The notes beneath the pieces were generated by a model that saw only the letters and a program-made list of their open reading frames with translations, was not told where the DNA came from and searched no databases. Positions 38,871-52,300 of a DNA stretch of 64,000 bases are shown here, in pieces. The stretch is from Catajapyx aquilonaris. Lineage: Eukaryota. A program made the translations under genes and the position numbers. Position 1 is the first letter of the stretch. Each line of letters begins with the position of its first letter. The stretch spans positions 1 through 64,000 of the forward strand of contig JYFJ02000088.1 in NCBI GenBank assembly GCA_000934665.2. The letters run 5' to 3'.

Positions 38871-41800
38871 CTACTGTCCTGGCACATCAGGGGAACTCCT
38901 AACTGGAAAGGCAAGAACTGGGGAGCGTATGAAAGACAGGTCTGGAAGGCGGTGCACAATCTTCCTGGCCTCATTGCTCAGGCTTGCCCAACTGCCACTG
39001 GTGGCAGGTGCTGGTGGCACTGATGATGTGGGTGGCAGCAGTTGCGGGGAGAGGGTTACCCCTGGCGATGCTTTGGTAGCAGATGACGGGACAGGAAGAT
39101 CTCTCTCTAGACCTGCGTACAGATGAAATGGTGCTTTTAGCCTTAAACATTTGCTCAAGAGCCACACTGACATTGCATAAACGAGGTAAACCCAGACCAA
39201 GAGGTCGATCCCATGCTATACAAACAGGATTAATAACTTGTTCAGGAATTACCGTTGTTTATGCAACCCAGCCTTATGCCTGCTTGTATGAACACAAATG
39301 AAATGGAAATAGCACACTATGCTTAAACCTCAATACATAACCAGACTGGCATACACAAAATATTGAATTGTAAAGCAAAATGAAAATAAACACCAAAATG
39401 CAACATCAACCTTCTAGAGGTACCCAAATATTAGTTTGTATAAAACAAAAGCGGACAGCCAGACATTCAAAACCACACTGAATGGAAGATGTTCTGATGT
39501 ATGACGTATTTACTTAAAACTTTCCAATGAAATATGCATCTTAAATATTGCACAAATTATAAATCAATTCATCTCCACTGGCTACAGTAGACGCTCAATG
39601 GGTGTAAATAACAGCTGTTATTCAGTGTGGTATTTGTGTTGCATAATGAGTGCTGTAGTAAAAGTGAAGTCACCAAGTTCATACTATAATTAGACCAGAT
39701 AGTAATGTTATGCAATTAGCAAAGTAAAGATAACAAACCCAATGTTCACAAAATTTATAAATCACTAATTGATTATGGATAATGGAAATTCAATTGAAAT
39801 AGGACCAAATACCCTCCTTATCATCTCATATAGTGATATAATTTTAATTTCTTTCCAGTGTCATACACAATGCAACGTTACTTCTGATATCATCCAGCCC
39901 AGAATACAAGCAAACATAAGTATTCCATGTCAAACAACCAGCTGATAGTCACACACACCCATCCATGACTAAGCTTAAAAGGATCCACGGAAATAACAGG
40001 ATGCAAACATGGACTGACATGTCAGTAAATTCTTTTCGCATACCCAATGTTAAAGTGCTACCCTCTGCACATGTGGAGTAAGGGACAATGTCTGAATAAA
40101 TTAAACATTGAAAATGCATTTTAAAAATTGTCGTGTGAATGCTCCCATAAGACAATGAATTTTTCATCGCGGCATAAGCAAGCCATTAGGATCACCAGAT
40201 TTTCATTATCAGCTTCAAAACATGCATTATCAGTATTTGACTTGTTCCAACTTGCAATCAACTGCCAGTAAAACTTATCTTCCACCTCTTTATCTTCACG
40301 TAAAAATTCTCATTATAATGTACTGTGTTTTGTAGCCTCCCCTCGCAGCACGCCTTAGGCTATATAAAGTATATCTGCCTTATTTACTCCTCCAAGTTAC
40401 ATACCAGCTTGCAATTTGTTTGCTTTACAATAAATTTGCAATATCTGTGTAAATGATGTCAGTTCCTGAAGCTTAGTAACTAATAAGCTTTCTTCACAAG
40501 AGTACATCTCCATCTATCGGGGAAGCTGTCACCTTCTGCCGTTATTCAATATCCTATAGGTACCTAAATTAAAGAGAACACACTGCACACGGCTTAGCAT
40601 CCCAAGTTCATTATAATGTCAAAATAACACCAATTCATTCCCATCAGAGACAATAGCATTCCAAGAGTACCTCACTATCATGACATGGAGAACAGGGACA
40701 ATGAAACTACATGCATGACAGATAAAAAAACGAATGAACACATGTTCCACATGCAAGTCACATCCATCAAGTCACAAGAACATGCTTCTTAAAGCATACA
40801 AAAAAGGGCTACGCTGTGACACATGGGGGAGACGATATACTCACTGGAAGCACCAATAGGAAGTGTGATGGAGGTGAGTGTGTCAGTGGAGGTGGCTGAA
40901 GTGAAAAGACCAGCATCCAGCAGGGACCAGCCTCCACCTGCAGGCCATTCAGTGTGTGCTCAAGTGTCAGTATGTACAGTTTTACATTGTTAAAAACCAT
41001 GTGATCACAATGTGCTCATACTTCTAGAATCTACTGTGTGTTGAAGGAGTAAAAATGCATATAGTGTAGAAAGTCCGGCAAAGGTGACCATTAGTGGCAG
41101 TGAAAGTTAATTTCCCCTTTTAAAGAGAACTACGCCTTTACTACATGCAGACGCTGGACAGCAAAACTCACCATCAAGGGGATTCACTAATCCGCTTGAA
41201 TTCCAATCAAACTGTGCTGGTGGAACAGACCCATCCTGTAAAGTGCTCAACCTTACAAACTGTTCTGGTGTTGTCTGTGAAATAAAAGCCGAGTTGTACG
41301 AACACAAATTAAGATCTGGTTGTGCTGTGGCCAGGAAATTTTCTGTCTGAAAAGGTGCAGGAAACTTGAAAAATCCATTGTGAATAATAAGCAACTATTT
41401 CCATTACTTTCTGGCAGAAAAGACCGCCCAGCCACAGTGCAATCAGATGTAAGGGGAAATCTCCAATTATGCACACGTTCACAATTCATTAGAGATTTAC
41501 CCGCCATTTGAGTCGATACAACCTGCTGGGAATCAGGCAATGGAATAACTCACTTCTAGTTTGCTCGGAGACCTACATGCGTCTGCCTCTTCCTTCTTCC
41601 CAGACATGATCACAGGCTGCAATATATTCCCGCTGGGAGTACTAGAAGATTCAGCCTTCACTGGCTCCAAAGGCCCGAACCTCAGATTGGCAGCGAATCT
41701 CGGAACAGATGGGTTCCAACGGGACCCAAATAGCTGCAAATTTAGAATTGGAAATCCCAGGCTGTCATTTTTTGTGCATTTTCTCCCCCTTATTCCCCAC

Positions 41801-44318
41801 TCTCCCCCAACCCTCCCAGGAAGCTAAGTCCAATCAAAAAACACATAGTCCAATTATTGCTCCTGAACCCAAGCATTTTTTTTTCTTTGTTCTTTGTATA
41901 GAGTGAATTAGTCAAATGAATCGAAACTGACGACATTGCGCGGGTCAACTCCGAGGGCGTGTAGGAATTCCTGCTGGGAGTGTGACTGGAGCCAGTGGAA
42001 ACCCATAGCAAAGGTGGTGTCCAGGTCCTGCAAGTTGGTCCAGGTTTTGTCCTTGGGTGAACCAGGTGGCTCCAAGGTGCACGATTTGACGTCCTCTGGG
42101 ATTGGAATTGATGGAAAAAGTGTTGCTACAAGCAACGCCACCTGTTGAATAATGTATATTTGTTAATATCGTTGACACTCGCATGTGCACTTAGAGCTGC
42201 TTAAGTGCCAATCAGAAGCAAGAGTTTAAACCTGACAAAATGATAATAAAAAAAGGTTACAACTGCTGGTACCTTCTTCCTATTGCCTGAGAGCACCACT
42301 GAGAGTTGGGTGGAAAAATATCAGTCGCACATGTGCTGTATGCTCATAAATCATAACAGCAACCCATATTTCTGACTTGGGAATATGACATATCTCATTA
42401 CTTGGCAGGTTTAATATGCTTTGGGCTTATCCCAACCCCACCCAAGGTTGCTTTGGCAATGATGTACCCGTGTACTGACCCAATGCCCCCTTCCGTGGCT
42501 TTTGCAACCCCTCTAACTCTTCTCACCTCTGGCAGACAGGGCTCAACACAAATAGCCATACTAGACAGGAAAATACCCCCTATCCAACCCCCATCAAGTG
42601 ATTTGGCCAGAGTGAAGCCATAAAGGTAGCATTGCAGCTGGGCAACTGGAACTACTACAGTCATGCAGTTGCAACATTACGTTTTCCTAACAGGGCGCAG
42701 TAAATGTTGGGATCTGCACAAACTCATAACAAGTTTGAATGTCATCAAGGAAAGGATGCTTCTTTTCTTTCCATTGATGTGAGCCCAATTATTTTTCACA
42801 TCACAGGAAGAGCAGCAATGTAGAAACATTATGCTGCATTAACCAAATACACCTCAAATATACCTTAGATTGAGCAACAGTGGGTGTGCTTTCAAAGTCA
42901 TCAAAGTCATCCAAATCTGAAACCACTTCTGTGACTGGAATGCTTTGAGGCAATGGGACCACGTCTTCCACTTGAGAAAACACTTCTGCCGAGCTGAAAT
43001 CAGCAAAGTCATCACTTTGACATGCTTCAGGAGCACACGAGAAGTTCCCAAAGTCATCTTCGTCTTCCTCTAACACTGGCCCTTCCAAGGAACTGACCAT
43101 GGCACTTTCAGGTTCAGAATGGACTAGCGTGTCACAAGGTTCAGAATCACTGATTGTAATAGCATTGGGCACCTCCTCCCTTTCAACTGGATCTTGCAAG
43201 TTGTACTCTTCAACTGCATTGTCCTCACACACGTGATCAGCATCATCCAAGGTCTCAGCACAACCATCATCACAACTACCTGTTGCTTTACCATCATCCT
43301 GAAAGCTGGAGAAGTCTCCAAAATGTTCACTTTCCTCTTCTGCAGCTACGTTTTCAACAACTGCTTCATCTTCCTTTGTTGTCTGGGTTTCACTCCCAGC
43401 AATCCTACTTTCCCTCAGAGGCACCCACACCACCTCTTTTTCCTGTCCTCCTCCACCACTCCACGTCCACCCTGGAGGTTCTGGATTCTCCTCGCCATCG
43501 CCTTCATGGCGCTCCAAATCTACCTCTGGAACTCTGGCTTTCCCTGAGTCAACAGCCGAGTCCCGCAGGATGACTGACCCATTGGACTCACTATGGGTCA
43601 ACCCATCCCTTGCAGAGCCCCACTGATGCTTACTCCCACTCTTGAGCACTTGCGACAGACCTGGAATATTAGAAGCCCACGTAAGTATATCTCTTGATGT
43701 TAAGCGGTGCTATTGCTGCAACATTGTCAGGCACACTTTCCCATAAGAAATGCATGCCTTGACAATAATATGGTGCCAATAGTACATGGTAAAGTGCATA
43801 AAAGACTTTTGAATGGTGAGAAATATTAATCCTGCCAGAAACATTCCGTAAAGTGTGAAATCATGAGAAAGGACTGTTGAAATATTATATTAGGTTGTGT
43901 CGGGGACACAAGCCGCAGCTTTTGCGGGCTCAACCTACATTATGCTTCACTTTTCTCGACTATAATGGTGGGGGCATGCAGGCATGAATACGGCTTTAAA
44001 ATCGGATCAGGGGGCATGCAGGCAAACTCGAGGGGCCCCTGACTGTAACGTAATGAGCAGGTAACATAGTGTCGGTTATAGCAGACTCGGTTATACTAGA
44101 CTGTAACGCTTTTCTGTAACTCTAGAGTTTGCCTGCATGCCCCCTGATCCGATTTTAAAGACGTATCCACGTCAAAAAGGTATACCAGTCAGGTCGTAGG
44201 AAGAGTCCAGATCTGCAACATCCCCAAAATGATCGTCGTCCTCATCCTCTTCACCAAACTCCCCATCCTCCAATGGTGGAGGTGATGAGGACACCATGGG
44301 AGGAATTATATTGGCCAT
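38871..44318 (-). CDS. AFTPH: Aftiphilin-like clathrin adaptor accessory protein
   Basis: MANIIPPMVSSSPPPLED...; repeated gamma-ear-type motifs FGDFS, DDFGNFS, DDFADFS, DDFDDFE; FHWLQSHSQQEFLHALGVDPRNV, AQFDWNSSGLVNPLD, C-terminal LPDLSFIRSPVLAFP. Some small internal exons are uncertain. Confidence 0.88.
43988..44166. mobile_element. Small MITE-like inverted-repeat element in an aftiphilin intron
   Basis: ATACGGCTTTAAAATCGGATCAGGGGGCATGCAGGCAAACTC is the near-perfect reverse complement of ~44125-44166. Confidence 0.75.
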
Positions 44319-45628
44319 TGCTGATCGGGAAGTTGTGGAATGTATTTATTTGGTGTCTTCACAGTACTTTTCTGTAAGATGAGAAAAATCATTAGTACCG
44401 TTTCACATCAAGACATTTCGGTAATCCAAATAGTATTTCACAAATATTGTATTTCATAGCTTGGATCAGACTGCTAACAGGTCACCTGGCAAGTGCAGGA
44501 GGAAACTCTAGTTCTAAACTACAGGTTTTTATTATAGTTTGGTGGTTTTCCTGCTTCTCACTTGTCAGTGTAGTTTCCCTCACAGGTCTTTGCATGGGTT
44601 TTTAATGGCTACCTGCACTTGACAGATTCTTGAACCTCAGATGGATGAAACACCTACTCATCTATGTTTATGGTCCCCGCCACTTGTACTGTACAAGTAT
44701 AATGTCTCCCTAGCTGCCGCCAACACGGACACAGTTCAATGCCAGATAAGTCGGTGTGATCACCAAACATTTTGTTTGCCCATCTATCGAGTGGTGCTAT
44801 AGTTGACGACAGATGTGCCTCAGATAACATTGGCTAGCCAATCAAAAGCCAACATCACGCGACCAACACTTCCGAAGCACGAATGCCTTCAACTTCACCC
44901 TCTGTCATCCTCACATATGCCCCCCCTTCATCATTACCGCCTCAAGACTCTTTTCCAGCCAGCTCCTTCCTCTCCCCAGCCGCCCCTCTCACCAGCGGGC
45001 TGCCCTGGCCATCCGTCCCTCGCCCACAGCTGTTGCCCCAACCACCCTTCCGCAGCAGCTGCAGCACCCGCCAACTCCCATCCTCCCTTCGGAGGCCATC
45101 TTGGATTTCTCTCCTTCCTTTTTTTTTCTTCATGCCTCAACATAACATCGCTGTTATCAAATAACAGCTAGTTCACAACAACCGTGATTTATATACAGGC
45201 AAATCCACAGCAAACGGCTACTGCTACAAATCGCGCTTATATCCGTCCGTCAATTGAAGGCTGGTGACGTCACGAGCACCTGAGGATGCTCCACATACGT
45301 CACTGTTTTTAATCAATGTTAAAAATAATTTGCATGCTTCAATATCTAACGAGTTGTATGCGCACACTTGCTAAGTACATATGTGCAATGTTTCGTAACC
45401 AGGAGGACACCTCCGCAGTGAAAAGGCGGTTGCCATGAAAATTCGGGGCAAATTCGGTGTGCGTGGCCGAGAGTTTGATCGATAAATTCGATCCGTCTCT
45501 TTTACACGCCATTATCCTCTCTGTTGCAAGTAGGTCGTCTCTTTGCACCGCTTTGCACTCAATTACAGGCACACTTTGCACCCATTCAAATCATACAGAT
45601 ATTGCAGCAATACCAAAACATTACAGCC

Positions 45629-46180
45629 ATGTGCTTGTGTTTGGGTCCACCTGGCTCAGGCAAGACTCTTCTTCTCCGCCGCCTTCAACGCCCCAACTTA
45701 ATAATCGACTCGGCTGCCACTACTGTGCCAACAGTGGGGTCCAATCTGGCGACGCTTCAAGTTGGGAAGGGGCGGAAAGAAGTGCAAATAGAGATCCGCG
45801 AGCTTGGTGGCGCCATGGCACCCATGTGGCCCTCGTACTATACCTATGCCCGAACCATAATTTACGTGATGGATGCTGCTGATCCTACCAAAATAGCTGC
45901 TGCCTCACTCTTGCTCTTCCAACTTCTGTCACACCCAAAGACACGAGAGTGCAAGTTCTTGGTTGTCCTCTCCAAATCGGATGTAGTGACAGAGAGATCT
46001 CTAAGGGAGCTGCAAGAGACGGCCAGATTGGTGAGCCTGGAACGTGAGGTGGCACCCAGGCTGGTGACTCTGCAGGCTAGTGCAAGGAGCGGAGATGGGA
46101 TGGAGGACATTTTAAAATGGCTGGACCAGACTGAGGGAAGAGCAGTTCGGATGGCCAAGAATCAACCGCCAGTGTATTAG
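45629..46180 (+). CDS. ARL16: ADP-ribosylation factor-like protein 16 (single coding exon)
   Basis: Starts directly at MCLCLGPPGSGKTLLLRRLQ with no N-terminal myristoylated helix; TVPTVGSNL; ARL16-type IRELGGAMAPMWPSYY; SARSGDG. Confidence 0.9.
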   Translation: MCLCLGPPGSGKTLLLRRLQRPNLIIDSAATTVPTVGSNLATLQVGKGRKEVQIEIRELGGAMAPMWPSYYTYARTIIYVMDAADPTKIAAASLLLFQLLSHPKTRECKFLVVLSKSDVVTERSLRELQETARLVSLEREVAPRLVTLQASARSGDGMEDILKWLDQTEGRAVRMAKNQPPVY

Positions 46181-46390
46181 ATGCAAAAGAAAATGAAAAA
46201 AACTGCACTTAAAAAAATTCTGCAACTTTTATTTCCCTCTTGTCCGAATTTCAAATAATTAATTGGGATTTGGGAGGAGTCACAAATCAACTATGTACTA
46301 GTTGGACAAGAGATACTGAAACTGCCTAGCAAACTTGACACTAATGTCGTAAGACAGAAACAGAATGAAAAGAACAAAAAAACAAAATTA

Positions 46391-49300
46391 TTAATGAATC
46401 CTGGTCAAGTCCTCTACCATTTTCACGAGGTCTTCAACAGTTGCTTCCCTCTTCGTTCCATTACCTTCGTCCAGCTGCGGAGAAACATGTCAATTACATT
46501 GAATGTCAGAACACTATAATGGTTAATCATGGGCTGCTAGAGCAGTGAATAAAACTTTGTTATGAAAAGTAATATGGTTTCTACATGACATGTCCACTTT
46601 TCTGTCAGCAATAACAAGGTATCAGATTTTTTTCCCTGACCTCTCAGGTTCTCAGAACGAAAACTTATATTAATTGGTACTGACCATCATCCCTTGTGCG
46701 ACCTTCCTCATGTCCTCTCTTGATAAGTCCAGGAAGCTCTCAACCAGGTCTCCATCCGCAAATCCTTCACAGGCTTCCGTCTTGCGGTCTGTTGCAAAGC
46801 TGCGCCAGAAAATGTGGTCTATTCGACCCACAGACCTAATCACCTGGGTCAGCTTGCTCTGGAGGTCAACCAGCAATTCAAAAAATGGCTGCGGCAGCTG
46901 GGTCACCAATCCTGAAACATTGTAGACCATATTAGTCCCGTAATAAATGCATTAGTATGTGGCCTTCGATATTATCTTTCGAAGGTCAGGGGCTGGAAGA
47001 CCCAAGCACCTGCTTTACAAAACTGCAGCTAATGTCCGACATGTAGAACTAGTCAGATTAGGCAATATTTTTGCAACTGACCTATGGCTCCACTGACTGT
47101 CCCAAAGAGCACACATCCCTGTGTAGGAACTGATGCTTCTCCAGCATGCTGCATGACGAGTGATCCATGCCTAAAGACATTGACCATGTCTCCCAGGTGG
47201 AACTGTCCCACCTCTTGCATCTGCTGGCGCTCCTCATCAGTTGTGGCTGCGGAGTCCTTCTGGCAGATGAAAAGGTTGAACGAGTTCTCTGCTCCAAGGA
47301 AAGTGTCGTCATCCAGGATCTCTATTGTGGTCATCCAATTTGGATTGTAATCACGGGCCATCTGGAATAATGAAGGTATGATTAGTACCTCAGAATATGT
47401 GAGACAGCTAATAAAATGGAATGAAATTGACCTCTTCAAAGCTTCCTTCCATGGTCTTGTACTGCAGTAGAGTCATAGAGCGCATAAGGTCTCCCACCAG
47501 AATGAAGTCACCCTTAGTCTTGAGGTAGAGGGCGATGATATTATTAAAGTGTGAGCACTCCAGGCGCAACTCTTTCTCAGCAGTCCATTCAAACAAGCGA
47601 ACTGTCGAGTTGATGGAGGCAAGGAGCTTTCCGTTAAAGTGGACTAGGGAGTAGCAGGCCCCCTTCACCTCTTTCTCAGCTACCTGGACCAGCTTTCCTT
47701 CAGAGAAGTGGAAGAGGACCAAGCGCCCCTGTTTTGGTTCACACTCGTCTGGGTTAACCATGGCAGTGCCCACTGCGTAATACACGTTGGGGTCCTCCCC
47801 AAGTCGGCATGATACCAGACTAAGGGCATATTCTCCAGGCATGAACTGGTGTGCATGAATTACCTGAGAGAGAACCCAAGTGTCAGTAACTTCAAGTTGG
47901 CTTATTGATGAAGTAGGCCTTGAAAATAGAACTTTTATTATTGCCCTCTAACCTCAAACGTGTGTTGATCCACAACAAGAAGGTTGTGCACCTCAACCTC
48001 TTGTCCTAGGTCTCCCATAAATCCTGACCCTGGGGCAGCTCCAGAACGAACTGACTGGGAGGATGAAGCTGGGTTTCCAGACGTGGAGGAAGCAGAGGCT
48101 GAAGTTGAAGTGGCAGAAGCTGACGCAGATGCTGTGGTACTGGGCGTCTGTGTAGATGCAGATGGACGAGGTGGTGTGGGCCCATTTGCTTCCTGCACGT
48201 CAATCCTCATGGTGATCACTCCGAATGTGTGTGACTGTTCTTGGTATGCAATCCGGCGAGGAGATTCTCCGAGCGGGAAAGTGCGAATGTGCAACTTCTG
48301 GATCTCATCTATGGTGCCAATAGTCACAGTACTGTCTGTTGCCAGAGCAAGGCTACAGGTAGAATTTGAAAAAGGGGAATGATAGAGTAACAATAATAAT
48401 AATTGATGCACACTTTTTCATTAGCCTGCATAATTAGCATCCTCTTACAATCCTCTGATCACTCTAACTATCTCGTCTTTCCTTGGAACAAATAGTTTTA
48501 TCCCACAAGTTTTCCCTTTGTGACATAAAATTCTCAAATATATAGCCAACACATGAAACAAAATGTACAAGATTTTAATAACATCCTTATGCAATTAAAG
48601 CCCTATATCATAGAACATAAAAATGAGATCTACTACTTCACAGTGGAGGATAAAAAGACAGAAGCTGACCTGTCAGGGTAAGCCTCAGTATGCAGCGGAC
48701 ACATATGGTTGACTTCCTTGAGGTTGACGTTTGAGAAAACGAGCTTGTGGTTGGAGGAGTAGATTACTGTGGGTCGATCGGAGCAGGCAAAAACATTGGT
48801 GGTAGAGAGGGACCTGAAGGTGCGAAGGACGGTGGGTTGGGTGCCCAAGGTCACTTTCTTGCGATCCGTCAGAGCACCTGTTGCAGCTGACAAACTGAAG
48901 TAAAATACACAGCCATCGCCAAGAGCCACTGTAATGCAACGTAAGAGAAAGTTATTAATGTGGTGATCTCAAAAACGAGATAGGTAGTCATATAACTGTA
49001 GTAGGTTGTCCATGAAAACTAAGACAGACAGATCAATGAATAAGTAATTGCAGTGCTGTCGCACGGACATGCAAGAATATAATCACCAAAGAGCCAACTT
49101 ACCCAAAAGGTAAGGTGATCCCTCAAAGCTGGTCATAAGTATTGACCTGGGGATGATCTCCCCTCCGAGATATTCCTTTGTGACCTCCTCTAATGAAGGG
49201 AGCTTGAGCACACGTGTAGAAATGTCTGTCCAGAGGCCACACGCCACCCACTCAGAAGATCCTGCACCTTCCACCAGGGGACTTACATCCAGGCAGGCTA

Positions 49301-52300
49301 CCTCGTGCTCCAAGACCGTCTTACTGGAATGCATTTAGCAGGATATTTAAGTTAAAACTCAACATGAATGTACAATATTGCGCAGTACAGATGCAAGTGA
49401 AGGGAAGTGTAACAACGCTATAATAATATAGAGCAGGTGTGACATTTATCTGTTGCTTTGCACGAAGAAGGCAGTTACATTTCCCAACCCTTCGTCTTTG
49501 AGACCATGCCCTCCAACAGTCCGCAGGGCCTCCCTGGCTCTTGCCCAAATTTAACACTTTCCAGCACATGCTTACCTCTGTAGACTGAGCTCTCCTGATT
49601 TAATCTCAAGGAAGTAGAGCTCACTTCCTGCAGCACAGAGAAGTTGCTCGGGATTGCAGGCCACTACACTTATGCTCTTTCCACTGGGTGGAGACCACTG
49701 GCTGTGATGATAAATAAGAAAAGCACATGATGATACACTTAGCAACCACATGACAAGCTGAAACCTGAGCTGCTGTCAAACATGCACACATTAACCAAGC
49801 TCAGAACATATTCAGGGCATTCTAATATTGCAAACAGCACATTCAACTCCATTTTCTTAAATGTCTAAAATGACGGTTTTCAAAAAATGTCTAATATTCC
49901 ATCAACTTAAAACATGCTACAGTTACCACTATTTTAACATACTCTAAACTTTTCTTTATAAAATTAATTTGGCATCCTTAGCCAGGAACCACTGACACAC
50001 TGACAATGCATATTAGAAAGCTCACTTGAGAAGCAGCTTGGTCTGTGAGGAGACAAGTCTGGCAGATTGTGGGGTAACCTGCACCAATTGGGAATGGGCA
50101 ACACTGCCGCAGTAAAATGTCTGCTGATCTGACACAAATCCAGGGATTTCTGTCTCTTCCACATCCTCCCCACTCACAGACAGTACACGGGTCTGCCCAA
50201 CAAATGCCAGAACCAAAGTGTTGTCAAATGGGGCGTTGGGTGGTCTTCCGTCTCCCTTTGCCATCCGATCCACAACGCTTGCTTCATCTGGTGTTCCCAC
50301 TCTCAGGGGCCACATGCCCTTTATTCCAGCCAAGTCCATCGAGGCGTGCTCCTGGATGCCAATCCCATTTCGGATAATGCGAAGGGATCCCTCCTTATAA
50401 GCTCCTACAAAAATCACAAACAAGTCACTAACTACATAAAACCAATAGCTAAAACAGTCTGCATCAAAAATGTGCCACACAACCATCAGAACTCCTGTTT
50501 TAAAAAAATCCTCATAGATTAAACCTTTTGTGAGTATTGATGCTTGTACAGCATCAGGAAATGTGTTGGCCAAACTTGACACGACTAGGTGCAACTTTAC
50601 AACATAAACTGAATTTTTTGTCTCAACACAGCAACATGAAGAATTAGGTTGCAAAGAGTGAAGCAATGCTACTGAATACTGACCTGAGCAGGTGACCAGC
50701 TGTCCTTGCCCTTGTCTTTCCAGGTCAACCACTACCATGTCCACAATGGGAGCCAAGTTGGTGAATGTCTCCATGATGCTGACATAGCTGCCGTTGTCAT
50801 CTGCCTTCAAATTTAACTTGACCAGCTGAGAGTCTCCCAAACGGGAACCGACAAACACCACTCCATTGTCCAGATATGTCAGGCACTCAGGGATGCTCGT
50901 CTCACCTAATCACAAATACCTCATCAGTTTCAGTATTGCCTGCAGAGTGCAGACAGCAATTCAGCCTTTTCAAGCTACAAGTGTTCCCGCACATTACTGT
51001 TCACTATTTTTTGGGGGACTCGTTTTCTGGGCCTCTATTATAACTTCACCTGATATGAAACTTGAATTTGTCACATTACTCACCCAGCAATTCAACTCTG
51101 AGATCTCTCACACAACACGAGCCATCCATCTTCTCTTCTTTCTCTAACAGCAGCATGAAGAGGTGCCCAGCCATATCGCCTAGCAGGTACCTTGATCCAT
51201 TGGGGTCCACACGACAGTAGCACACAATGGTGCTAAGCTGCAATTGGAAACCATTTGTGAGCACACAAAATATTGCAAGTCAATTCACTAGTTAGTCACA
51301 TTTCACTGCACTAGTACCATTTGTAAAAAAAATAATAACAACAGCATGAATGACTATGGATGTTTCTAAATTTCTAAAAATTAAAGACAAGTTCTAGACA
51401 TAAAATATAGTGCAACCTTTCCACAATGGACTCTGAATTCAATGAACATGTCCACTACATAATTTTTGTCTTGCCCAGGCAGAAAACTTTGATGTATTTC
51501 AGTCAGAACTAACAGAATCTTGTCACTACTGTATGGAAATTTTTCATAGAACTGAGGGCTTCAACAGGTGTCACAGTATAACTTCAGTTGCCTCAGGTTG
51601 AACAGAAAATAATTTGCACAAGATTTCCGCAATTCAATGGCAATGCAGAGAACCCACCCTGATAACAGGTGGAGCAACCACAACATAGGTGGTCCCATCA
51701 TGGTACAAAATGGATTCCTGGCCAATGATGATGGCACCTCCAAGGGGTTCTGGGACAGGAATAATTATGGAGGCCTCAGTCTCCACATTATCTTGCTTCC
51801 AGGGCACTTTGACAAACTCCTTGTCCCTCAGAGAGACCTCATGGGTTTTGACATGCCTGCCATGCATGTCATGGTGGATGACTATAATTGTTGGACTTAG
51901 GCAACCATGGAGGAACTCCACATCCTGGATCTGAAGCTCTTCCATTCTGAAATAAATATATCATCTCACTACAGATGTGAGAGCAGGACCATGCACTACG
52001 TAATCACAATTTCCCAGCACCACTTTGCTACAATAGTGTCACACAATCTATAATGAGCAAGAGTTTCAAGATAATCTACCATTATTAAAGATGGTGTTCT
52101 AACCTTATATTGTAGGCTTTGAGCTCTGTGCTGTCATCCACAGGAATGATCTTAAAGAGGCCATCGTAGAGCCTCAGGCCAATAACTCTCGCCTCTGGAT
52201 CCACTATGGCAATGATTCCAGTTTCAGATGGCTTCCCAATCCTGTCACCCACATTTCCATGGACCTTGGTTAGTATATGGAGGTTGTCGCCTTCACCTTC

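Noticed and set aside
42273..42335. 63-nt AG/GT-bounded segment in an aftiphilin intron with an in-frame TGA (poison exon or Sec codon)
   Set aside because: Weak splice signals, no SECIS seen and no homology support.
49705..49770. Box C/D-like motifs (ATGATGA...CTGA) in a DDB1 intron
   Set aside because: On the strand opposite the host gene, with no rRNA guide identified.
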